DNA of 64,000 nucleotides from Raja brachyura (lineage: Eukaryota). The stretch covers positions 39,246,001-39,310,000 of the forward strand of contig OY740790.1 of assembly GCA_963514005.1 (NCBI GenBank), in the 5' to 3' direction. This document shows positions 53,141 to 64,000 of the stretch, in pieces (within the stretch, counting starts at the first letter, position 1; every line of letters starts with the position of its first letter). Position numbers and translations under genes: made by a program. The notes beneath the pieces are model-generated. The model saw nothing but the letters and a program-made list of their open reading frames with translations, was not told where the DNA came from and searched no databases.

Positions 53141-54174
53141 TAGGTATGTTACAAAACTTACCTTGAGCAGCGCTGCAGTTCTGCCGCTCCCCGTGTGTGT
53201 GACTTTGGCGCCTTTCAGAGGGGGGCAGGCTTAAAATGCCGTTATTCCACAGATTAGGCAAATCAATCCATGTCGGGCGATTTTGCTGCGGAAGAAAAAT
53301 CGCTCCGACATTTCATTAATGAAGGTATTTTTAAATTACGCTAGATTATTTATTAACTAGAGTAATTTAAAAATCACCTTCAAAAGCTGTGAGCGCCGAC
53401 AACGGGAAGGATTTTGTGTAGGGGAGGAAAAAAGGTACATTGTTTATTTTTATATTAAAAGTTGTTTTTTATGGAGGCTTTAATAATATTTTCATGTTGC
53501 GAAATGGGGTCCAAAAAAAATGTATGAACCAACAGTATTTTTCCTCCCGACTTCACCGCAAACCGCAACGTTCCAATCCACCGCATTCCACTAAAACCCA
53601 CTCGCTAGTTGATTTAAAAGGCCATTAATTTACAGACATTAAACACTAAATTCCTTCCATTTGGCCCAGAAATTCATGAAAATGAGATTTAAAAATTATC
53701 TTATATTGTGGATTATTGTGTGAATGTTATTTGGACACAGGCAATTTAAAAAAAAGTTTATCTTTTCTTAAGAAATTGATAGATGTTTAGATCTACTCAT
53801 TGAATTTTGTAATTAGCTACAATTAGATAACTAACTAATTATATGCTTTAATTTCAGGTCATCCAAGTAAGATTGTTTCATATTTGTTTCAGAATGCTTC
53901 AATCTATAATAACTGAAAATTTCATTGAGTTCTCTTAATTTTTAAGAAAGTTGTGGGCTTTTAACTGTTCTGGATCACAGCTTTTGAGTTAAGTCAATTG
54001 AAAGGCAATGGGGAACAAGATGCTAATTTCTGAGTATGAAAATGGTCATAACTTTCTTAATACTGAAGATATGAAAGTGAATTAAGTGTCAAATTAAACT
54101 TCTTTTTATGCTTTATCTGATGGGATAAATTGCAGACTTGATTATTAAAATCTCAAAATTTTGTAACATTGCTA
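53141..54174 (-). mobile_element. Non-autonomous TIR DNA transposon (hAT-like), copy 2, uninterrupted
   Basis: Termini TAGGTATGTTACAAAACTT and AAATTTTGTAACATTGCTA; flanked by CTATTTG at 53134-53140 and 54175-54181; reverse homolog of 4989-7909. Confidence 0.9.
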
Positions 54175-54274
54175 CTATTTGTTAACTCTCTTAATATCCA
54201 AACATCTATCAATCTGTGTTGATTTTCACAGCCCCTCGGGTAGTGAACAAAAATCCCTTAGGTGAAGAAACGTA

Positions 54275-54575
54275 GTTTAGTTTAGTTTACAGGTACATTG
54301 CAGAAACAGGCCCTTTGGCCCACCGAGTCTGTGCTGGCGAACGATCCCTGTACACTAGCACTATCCTACACACTAGGGATAATTTACAATTTTACCAAAG
54401 CCAATTAACCTACAACCCTGTACACCTTTGGAATGTGGGAGGAAACCAGACCACCCAGAGAAAACCCACGTGGTCATGGGGAGAATGTATGAATTCCAAA
54501 CAGACAGCACCAATAATAAGGATCGAACCAGAGTCTCTGGCACTGCAAGGCAGCAGCTCCACTGCTGTGGCACTG
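54275..54575 (-). mobile_element. tRNA-derived SINE
   Basis: (TTTAG)n tail, GAAACAGGCCC, GCCAATTAACCTAC, AGGATCGAACC. Confidence 0.85.
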
Positions 54576-54669
54576 CGCTGACCCTAAATTTCTCTGAAGT
54601 AAATGTCTGACCCCTTATATTTTGACTGTGAGCGATACTGCACAGGTCAGGCAGGGTCCCTTTGTTAGT

Positions 54670-54760
54670 AAAGAAGGGTTTCGGCCCGAAACATTGCCTA
54701 TCTCCTTCGCTCCTTAGATGCTGCTGCACCAGCTGAGTTTCTCCAGCATTTTGTGTACCC
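54670..54760 (+). mobile_element. 91-bp PLE-derived insertion starting inside the hammerhead motif
   Basis: AAAGAAGGGTTTCGGCCCGAAACATT...; 13-bp TSD TCCCTTTGTTAGT at 54657-54669 and 54761-54773. Confidence 0.85.
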
Positions 54761-55191
54761 TCCCTTTGTTAGTCCCTTTGCATCAAAGCATGTCTAGTGG
54801 TTAAAGTCTATCAAAGTTTAATTACAACTTTAAGTTGCCATCCTTCAATCTCAAAGACATCATGACAAATAATAAAGCAGAAAGAAAAATTTACTCTGCA
54901 CAATATTTGGGCTTTAAATTTTCCCAAAATTTTGGAATATCAAACAAATATTCTCTAAGGCAAGAAGTTGAGATTCTCCTACTAGAATGAGGTAATGAGA
55001 ATGATTAATTTTGGACAGAAATGTAGCATGGTATTGCTCGGCTTAATTCTGTACATGGAATAATGAGTTACCTTCATTAACCCAGCACATCCTGACTAAT
55101 TTTCTTTCAGTATTTGTGACCAGTTGATGACTGAATTAAGTGTTAGATTGAGGAAGAGAAAATCATGAAAATTCAACTACCATTTCAATGG

Positions 55192-55408
55192 ACGATAGAC
55201 ACAAAAAGCTGGAATAACTCGGCGGGACAGAGAGCATCTCTGGAGAGAAGGAAAGGGTGACGTTTCGAGTCGTGCTGTCTGAAGAAGGGTCTCCACCCGA
55301 AACATCATCCATTCATTCTCTGCAGAGATGCTGCCTGTCCTGCTGAGTTACTCCAGCTCTTTGTATCTATCTTCAGTTTAAACTGCATCTGCATCTGCAG
55401 TTCCTTCT
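55192..55408 (+). mobile_element. PLE-derived insertion with ~80-bp inverted arms and hammerhead motif
   Basis: Arms at ~55194-55272 and ~55292-55371; 14-bp TSD TACCATTTCAATGG at 55178-55191 and 55409-55422. Confidence 0.88.
55277..55308 (+). ncRNA. Minimal type I hammerhead ribozyme motif (PLE type; this copy has AUC in place of GUC)
   Basis: CUGAAGA-A-GGGU(CUCC)ACCC-GAAA-C-AUC. The inverted arm at 55256-55272 keeps GAAACGUC on the minus strand. Confidence 0.55.
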
Positions 55409-58400
55409 TACCATTTCAATGGGATTGGTTTGAATAAATTTACTCAGGATTTACATCCTGATTTATTGTCAACGGAAACAAAAACATTTTTAGAAGGTAC
55501 TGATCTATCTGAGATGATAATCTCCAAAACAATACATTAACCAAAAAAGACAAATCTGCCAAATTTCAGATTTACAATCACATATTCTACATTCTTTTCA
55601 TTCACTTTTAATTTTATGTTCTATACATTTCACATTCATTTCATATATTGATCATGTATTGAGCATTCCATTCATTCTCCTTATTACCTTATTATTCAGT
55701 GGTCTAGCAAACCTGTCATGAGTATATTCATCATCTCTCTCTCTATTGGCCCTGAGATGTTACCAGTGGGGTTTCTTCTTTCACTGTAATTATTGAACCG
55801 GATAGAGAAACCTGGAACTTTGACTCAAGAACAATGAAAGATTAGATATAGGGATTTAAAGAAGGTCAGTTTTACGATTTATAGGAGACTAAGAAGCCAT
55901 GCTGTTCACCTGATGTTGTTGGCCATGTTCTCCACAGTGATAATCATTTAATTGTTGCACGATTCTGTCAAAGTATGAATTGTTGATGTGCATCTTTAAT
56001 AATACATTAGGCTAATATGTTTGCTCCTATGGGTGCTTAGTGCTTGGGTTTGAGAGGACCAAACAAGGCTTTGAAACGAGGATATGGAGAAGCTTTGAGG
56101 AAGTTTGGTTAGTCTTTGAGGGAAGATGGAACGTTTTGAGGGGAAACAATGAAATCTCCATGTCCGAGATCCCATCCTGTGCTTTATTTACCAGAGTCGC
56201 GTGTAGTCAGCGTTTACAATCAATGATGGATGATGCACTGCATAGACAATTGTAGTTGGTGTCTTTCCAGTGCATGGTGTTTTATCATTGCTTGAAACTT
56301 AAATGGCACAAACATTGCTTTTTTTTTAAATTGGACCAATTCTAAGTTCATTTATAGCCTGTTGCACACCAACATGACTAGCTTCATTCAACGTAATACG
56401 TAATGTATATTGTTAATAGAGTTCATTTAATACTCTTATATGTTATAATTGGCTTGTATGCACCATATTTTCTGTGCAGGTCTTTAACCCCAAAATATTT
56501 CCCTTCATTGGTTTCGAGAGATTACAAAATTCACTGAGATTTTTCTTGTAAACACAACTTGTCAAAAATTACAATTCGTGATTTTTTTTGACAAGGGGAC
56601 TGAAACTTTTGATCATATCACATCTGATGTACATTGGGTGTCTTTCAACACACCTACAATTATTTATGGCACACGCACAGTGTATGAACAACAGAGGACG
56701 TGTTTCCAGCAGGAAATTCCTGTCCACAATAATTACTTTACCACACATGAAGAAGCCAATGTGGCTACACCACAGCTTTCCAAATCCCTGGTGGTCCCCA
56801 TACAGTTTCTGGTGCCAATATCATTAAACAGCCCCACACAAATAAAGTTGCATTTTAATTAGGATGGAGCTTTTTCCCCAAGTCATTTCTGTTGCACATA
56901 TGTGGCACTGTTATAGTCTACATCAAAACTCTGATGGCATTTGGATTTTGATATAAACTGCAATTTTTGCTTAAGTGCCTTGATATACATAAATACAAGA
57001 TAAAATACGTATTTTTCCTGTAATATATTGTGTTTGATTTTCTGTACATATTTGAATAAAGATTTATTTCTTAACCATAATGCCCATGCTCGATTTGTCT
57101 GTTCAATTAGTAAATATTTTAATTGCCATATTTATTTTGGTAGAACACTAATGGAATAGTGTAGACTCATGTTCCTTTAAAACTGAAAAGTCTCTTCCCA
57201 AAGAAGAAAAACATTTACTTGCTGGCTCTAAACTTAAAGCTGGCTTCATGAAAGATGAGGAAGATTTGCTCATTGGGGCATTTGTTTAAGTAATGGAAAT
57301 TTAGCTTTACAATTACAACAGTGTTTATCAAGGAACAGCTTTAAATAGAATTATTCTAAGGAATGAAAACATTTATATTGGAGGTGATTTTCTTCCCCTC
57401 AGAAGTTAATACTGTTCTGTTGCTGAGTATTGTCAGTGGAGATGATGAATGAAACATAGTTGGAAACAATGAAGAAAATGCTGGTTGAAGAAAAGGAGAA
57501 AGGCTCTCTCACTCAGAGTCACGATAAGGACGTTCTCACAAAGAACAACATAGGAAGTCCTAAAGAAGAATCTCTAACAAAGATTATTGGTTGGTAGAAA
57601 AGTCTCAGTCATGCAGAGGAGAATGGCTTGGTAAAGCAAAGAGACTGATAGACGCCACCAATTTGCTTATCAGCTCACCTCTGGACCTTTACTTTGAACT
57701 TATATAATTAACTAATTTAATTAATTAATTAAAAAAACTAATGTAATTTGCCTTGCTTCGGTAAAAAATTATATTCTATAAACTGCAGCAGCACTTTCAC
57801 ATTTGCTACCCTTCCACTTTTTTTCACTTATTTCAAAAGGTTCTTTAAAATCTGATGGTTCACCATAGTTAATGCCCTTCCTTTAAGTTCAGCATCCATA
57901 TTTCTCATTTCAGTAAAGCACTCCCTTATGGAAGGCACAATGTAAATGTAAACTGTTTTTGGTACATCATAAGAACATAAGAAAGAGAAGCAGGAGTGAC
58001 CAAATGACCCTTTTAATCTGTTTACTATTCAACAAGCTTTTGCGGATTTTGTTGATGCTACTCCACTTTATTGCCTGGTCCTGGGTTCTTGATTTGCTTA
58101 AAATCTGAATATCTACGGATCTCAACATTGTATATATTTAATAATACAACATTCAAACGTCTCCAGGGAAAGGAATTCCAAACATTTACAATTTTTACAG
58201 AAAAAAAGTCCTCCTCACCCCAATCGTAAATGTGCAACCGCTTATTCTGAGAAAATGTCTTTTAGTTCTCCACAATGGCTAACTTTAAAACAGAGTTTGA
58301 TAGATTTCTGGATATTATGGGAATCTAGAGATACGGGGATAGTGCAGGGAGATGAGGTAGAATTGATAGTACTGAGGTAGAAGACCAGTCGTGCTGCTGG

Positions 58401-58621
58401 TGAGTTTAAAGGATTATCCTACTCACATTCCTGCATTACATTATCGGAAAAGCAGAAAGTTGGATTCCTTTCCGGATCCTTTAACTGCAGTTATATCCTC
58501 CCAACCACTGACTAAGTGTGCAGTATCTAACTTCAGAGGTGAGAACACCTATTAACTGAGGCAGATAAATCCAAAGTTTCATGAGCCTCTTCTGCTTTAG
58601 TGTCCATCTTCCATGTTTCAA

Positions 58622-58912
58622 ATGTTTAGAGATACAAGCCCTTCGTCCCACCAAGTCTACGTCAGCCAGCGATCCCCACACATTAACCCTACCCGACATA
58701 CACTGGGGCCAATTTTACACTTATACCAAGCCAGTTAACCTACATACCTGTACGTCTTTGGAGTGTGGGAGAAAACCGAAGATCTCGGAGGAGGTCACGG
58801 GAAGAACGTACAAACTCCATACAGACAGCACCCGTAGTCGGGATCGAACCCGGGTCTCTGGCGCTGCAAGCACTGTAAGGCAGCAACTCTACCGCTGTGC
58901 CAACTTGCCGCC
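58622..58912 (-). mobile_element. tRNA-derived SINE
   Basis: Close homolog of 25525-25825 (CCGAAGATCTCGGAG, GGGATCGAACCCGGG). Confidence 0.88.
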
Positions 58913-59269
58913 CGAATGTTGACATCACTGTCATCGTCCATCCTGAAAAGGACGGAAACTTCCGGCGACAATCACTTATTGCAATAGATGATGGTGATAG
59001 CAGAATTAGCTCAAGATACTTCCACTTTCCAGCCCTGCGACATGGACGCTTCTGCTGTGGGCCCCATGAGCCTCCGAGGAAAGAAGTTCGTCCTCATCTC
59101 AATCTTCACTGGATTACCCAACATTCCAAAATTATGCTCTGAGTTTTAGATTTCCCCATGAAGGGGAATATCTTCTTTGCTTCTACTTGTCAAGTACCCT
59201 CTGAGATGTTGTCTGACAAGCAGGTGGGTCACAATTTGGACACAAGTTCCAAAATGTTTCTAAAATGAA

Positions 59270-59960
59270 AACAAAAATAATGGAAAACGCAGCAAGTCGT
59301 ACAGCCCGTGTGGAAGCAAAGTTAAGGTTTCAGGTCAAAACCCACTTTTCAGAACTGGGGAGAGAAAACATGTTGGTGTCAATCTGCAGGGTGGCCAGGG
59401 GATGGATGCAATGGACATGGTAGATATCTCTAACAGGGTGAGATCAATGCTGCCCTGGGGTTAAACTGGAAACATGATTATCTGGTTAATCATTTAGTGG
59501 GGTCAGTTATTCAAAGCAATGAAATGAGCGTAGTTGGACTTGGGGAGTGAGATCAGAGGCAAAGGAGTGTATGAGTTGTTAAATGCAGAAGGTGTCCAGA
59601 AGTCAGATGGAAATGGAAAGAGAAAAAAACAAACTAATCTCACCGATAGAGAAACTAAGCAGCTGCTGTTGACGAATTTAATACTTATGCAGATGGCTGC
59701 AATATGCCCAGATGGATGATGAGGTATTGTTCCAAAGCATAATTAGGCCCACATTAAACAGTGGAGGAAACCACAGATAGGTCAGAGTGGGAGTGAAATG
59801 AAGAATTAAATTGGCAGGCAACAGGAAGTTCAGTGTTTTCCTGAAATGTTAACTCTAGTTTTCTCCCCACCAATGCTTTCCCCCCACCAAAACTCTGCTA
59901 AGTTTTCCAGCATTTTTTGGTTTTATTTTTGAATTTTCAGTATCTGCAGATTTTTCAATT
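59270..59960 (-). mobile_element. Old PLE remnant with inverted terminal piece
   Basis: Degenerate homology to 38585-39350 (GATGAGGTATTGTTCC...CAGTGGAGGA). Confidence 0.45.
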
Positions 59961-60540
59961 TTGAAATATTTGTGAGTTATATACTCACAAATATATGAGT
60001 ATATATATTTTGGAAGTTTGACTGGGCTGGATGCAACTGCATTATGTTTGAAATTGGTATTGAGATTAATGCTGGGTATCCAATGTGATTTTATTCTGTG
60101 TTTCAAAGCAGTGCAGTAGATAGAACTGAATGGCTTGCTAAATTGTAATTGAGAAAGCAGTTAGGAGTTGGCTATAATGTTGTACGTCTGGAATCATAAG
60201 AAAAGATTAAAAAAAGGTGGCAGATTTCCTTCTCTGAACCAGATGGATTCTCCAATAATTGAAAGTCCCACGGACACCATTACTGATACCAGTTAATTTC
60301 TTAATTTTAATTAGCCACACTTAACCTCCCAAACATTTGATATGTATTTGTTGACAACTTTGTGCAATCTTTTGGTATGTTCCTGTATGTTAAAGATACT
60401 GTACAGATGAATACTGCTATTTAATCATCTGGGTTCTTTCAAGAAAGCAATTTAGTTATTTTGTAGTTTGGAAGGTCATAAAATTGTTGCTACCCAAAAG
60501 CAAAGTTATAAATCCTTTCCCTGTATCAAATAATGATTAT

Positions 60541-60670
60541 GTGTAGGAAGGAACTGCAGATGCAGGTTTAAACAAAAGATAGACACAAAAAGCTGGAGCA
60601 ACTCAGTGGGTCAGACAGCATCTCTGGAGAAAAGGAATAGATCACATTTCTGGTCGAGACCCTGCTTCAG
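60541..60670 (-). mobile_element. PLE-derived insertion starting exactly at the hammerhead CUGA
   Basis: The minus strand begins CTGAAGCAGGGTCTCGACCAGAAATG; 8-bp TSD ATGATTAT at 60533-60540 and 60671-60678. Confidence 0.8.
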
Positions 60671-61434
60671 ATGATTATATTGTTGAATAGAATTAGCATC
60701 TTTGGCATAATTGGATGGCAATTAACAGGGAGGAAAGTAAAGGTGTTTCCAGTTTGACAAGATTAGTGCATTAGTGTTGTTGATGAGTGTGGAGAAACTG
60801 GGGCTTATGCAAAATGATTTCAAAATAACAGCTAGAAGCAGCTGAAAGCAAGAGAGCCAAATTCCAGTGGTACAATCAAATGCAGGTGGACATGATGCTG
60901 GAAGGAATGCTCTCATCCCACAAGACAGAGGACTTGATGCCCTTGCTATGCACTGAGGAGGAGGGGAAAGTTGAGAGCACCTCACTGTAGTTTGTCAATT
61001 ACAATCTCCACCATTCCTTCACTAATTCTTGCAACATAAATACAACCATTTGTATTGTCATTTTAAGATCCCTTCTGGTCAATTTGTTTTCTGTGTCAGA
61101 ACATGCTGTAGTTTATTTGCCTATCCATATTCCCTGTCACCACCAGTATCTTCTTATTTTACAATGCATATACTGGACAAGAAATGAAAAAAGTAGCCTT
61201 GTTTGATGAATTATTGATACAATAATTATCTTATTCTCGGAATATGCAGCGTCTGAGATTAGGCTAATACGGAAAGGTTGGATGGCTTGTGCCCTGCCAT
61301 GACCTATTTTCTGAAAGCTACAACTGGGATCAGAGCCTTTAAGATTATAACAAGAAAGTTTACTGAGAACCATTCCAGTTTTATTTGTCATAATTGCAGG
61401 AATAATACAGTTGGATGCTGGCAACTCATTGACA

Positions 61435-61548
61435 GTAAGTAAGTACATTTTATTTATATAGCACATTTAAATCAACTTGCGTTGAAACCAAAGTGCTTTA
61501 CATAGAAGAAATAATTAATTTTCCGCACATCCATTGAAAATTAAAACA
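61435..61548 (-). mobile_element. L2-type 3' tail
   Basis: TTTATTTATATAGCAC...CAAAGTGCTTTACA, the reverse of the fish L2 3' stem-loop and tail. Confidence 0.6.
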
Positions 61549-62369
61549 GTCACTTATCAATGTTGTTATGTACCGGTTCACAAAATGGTGCACTGAATGC
61601 CAGTGATAAATCTTCAACTTTGTAGTCAGTCTAAAATTCTGGCGATGAAATAAAGAAGCCAGATTTAGAGATGCAAACCCCAGGAGTTGCTCTCCAGATT
61701 CTGACTGCATCAATGCAAAAGCAGCTGGAGCTAATCATCAATTACTGGGTATCTCTGCGTCTATGGGAAATCAGTGACCTTGCATACTTATACAATTTTG
61801 CCAGGTTTCTCTTTATTCTCAGCAATCACTAGAGTTTGGTATGTGAGATGCCTCCCTTTTGATACTCTTATAATTGAATCAAATAGATTTAAAAATGGAG
61901 GAACTCACAGCATTGATTGCAGGGAATTAGAGGAGGAACAATGACATTTCTTCCAAGAGATTGCTGGCCCATAGGTTCAAGGCAGATCATAGTAAGTATA
62001 TGGGTTTGTTGCAAACAATGTACAGCAAAGTTAATTTATGTAGAAAACAATCTATTTAAAGAACAGAGGATACGGAGTTCATGACACAAACTACACAAAC
62101 CATAAAAGTAGTGTTATTTCAAAATGCAGTGAGTGGAAGACTACAAATGATATGCATAAAATCAATCTCGGGTACTTACAACAATACAGTCACTGTCTAG
62201 ATTGACATTGTGAAACACCAGTTATGTCTGGCTGGGAATAGAGTTCTCACTAAAAACAGGCAAAAAAAAAAAGAAAGCTTGAAAATTAGATTTCATACCC
62301 ATCAGCTCATGTTCACATCGTGTTTAAATAGGACTCTCCTTAAGATTTTGTAGTTAAAAGCATAAACAG

Positions 62370-62600
62370 AGGTGGCACAAGCAGATCAAAAGATCCTGAG
62401 TTCAGTTCTGAGCTTATGTTGAGTTAGCTGATTTTGATTAAATCTCCACAGTTAGCCTCAGCGCCCAGGGGCTAGGCAGGAAATAGTCAGGTAGGGCTCC
62501 TGACTGTGATTGTTATGCAATGACTCCTGTACTTATATAGAATTACACGGACTTTGGGTCAGAATTGGACTCTCTTCGGTGCTTTTCTCTATTTAGTTGC
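62370..62600 (+). mobile_element. Ancient SINE-like remnant
   Basis: B-box-like GAGTTCAGTTC followed by GTTGAGTTAGCTGAT...GCCTCAGCGCCC; highly degenerate. Confidence 0.3.
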
Positions 62601-63574
62601 ATCTTAATTCTTAGAGTCTAGACACACATGAGTGAGAAAAATATGTCCAGCAAAATTAGAATCATTGGCAGAACATGGAATTATGTCAAAATGTGAACAA
62701 TATTTGTCCTGACTAATTTTGAAGTAATACTACAACTCTTAAAGCCATGTTATTCTAAGCAGCCAACCAGCAACAGTATTTCAAACTATCTTTTAAAAAA
62801 AACTTTAAAATAAATGAAATGCCAAAAATACCTGCTGTGCAAAAGTTACTTATAAAATAAAATATCCAATAAGCAGAGCATAACAGGCATTTCAGGGCCT
62901 GTTTATTGCCAGGACAGAGACTATCTCATTCGATTTTGACAAAGTGAAATAGGCTTGAAATGACAGAATACAGTCATCAGCAGAGCAGCTGGATCAGATA
63001 TGCTTTCACACACTGGGGCACCTTTCATTTTGCTTCGGCCTATGTGACTAGCAAGCTGCAGATGATAGCCTACAATAGTCTCACAATGTTGCCAAGCCAC
63101 ACTGACAGGAACAGGATGTGCACATTGGAAGAGCCTGGGGGATTTCCTTTCTCACTGGACTATAACCAGCTTATAAGTACAGTATTGTATAACAAATTAG
63201 CAATGATTTTAATGAATAATGAGGGTTGGTCAGTGAATCAGCAGTAATTACATGTGTATTATTCTGACAATGTCTTGGCACTTTTTTTCCTATGTCACAT
63301 CCTGATTTCCTTTAATGTCTTGTTCTTTAAGACGTCTTTCAAACATTTAACATTTTTATTACAGTTAGTGCTTACTTTCCCTTTTAAGATGCATGCTTTC
63401 CTTTACTTGGTTTGTATTGCTTAAACTGCGCTGCCTCTACACATGCACCTCCCATAAACACACACGTACACCTAACCCTCACTGGTCCTGGTGCATTACT
63501 GGTTAATTCAAGTGCTCCAGGAATTTCAGGCACCAGGAAGTACACAGTAGGGAAGGAATACTATCAGCATAATA

Positions 63575-63850
63575 AAGTGACCACGAGGTTGAAGAATAGC
63601 TTCTTCCTAACAACCATCAAACTCATGAACACCACACAACACTAACATCAACAATGAACATATCTGGACTGTCTTTGGCTGCACTAAGGACTATGTTTTT
63701 TTTAACACGGGTGTTATGGTTATGAATAATTTGTTCATGTATTATACATTATCTGAGTATATTGGGTTTGCAGACATGTTGTGCTGCTGCAAGTAAGGAT
63801 TTCATTGTTCTATTGTTAATGCCTATAACAATTAAACAGTCTTGACTGCA
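63575..63850 (+). mobile_element. Rex1/Babar-like LINE 3' end
   Basis: TTRLKNSFFLTTIKLMN; the 3' UTR resembles 3300-3575. Confidence 0.65.
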
Positions 63851-64000
63851 AATAGCTACTGCCATATTCCAAATCCATAAGTACCAGAATATACCAGTGA
63901 TGGCTGGTGCAATCGTCACAGAACCTGTTTTCTAATATGTATAACATATTTTTGGACAGTTTCGTTGGATGCTGAGAAGTGTGGCAGCCTTTTATTTAGG

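Noticed and set aside
61137-61466. 109-aa minus ORF, and a plus-strand GIIQLDAG peptide faintly like a TNF-family strand
   Set aside because: The ORF starts inside an L2 tail, and the similarity does not extend beyond a few residues.
1-64000. CRISPR array, operon or prokaryotic defence system
   Set aside because: The DNA is vertebrate. The recurring short repeats are dispersed retroelement ends rather than regularly spaced repeats, and the methyltransferase-like domain is part of DIRS.

Overview
Eukaryotic, repeat-rich vertebrate DNA. The repeat families (HE1/V-SINE-like SINEs with CR1 tails, CR1, L1, Rex1/L2, RTE, Penelope-like, DIRS) point to a cartilaginous fish, probably a skate or ray (inference). 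I cannot identify any host protein-coding gene; every long ORF belongs to a decayed transposable element. Main contents: (i) a non-autonomous TIR DNA element present twice (4989-7909, 53141-54174) with apparent 7-bp target duplications, the first copy carrying a nested CR1 and a 176-bp templated insertion; (ii) a non-autonomous Helitron with a G-rich core; (iii) a frameshifted L1 ORF2 fused to a DIRS retrotransposon (gag, RT, RNase H, adenine methyltransferase-like domain, recombinase mostly deleted); (iv) many short Penelope-derived insertions carrying a minimal hammerhead-ribozyme motif; (v) a ~14-kb AT-rich but CpG-retaining, TE-poor domain (~23.7-38 kb) that contains a 200-N assembly gap and has a CTCF-like motif at its left edge; (vi) a hAT-type element with an 8-bp TSD. 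Boundaries of old repeats are approximate and were read by eye.
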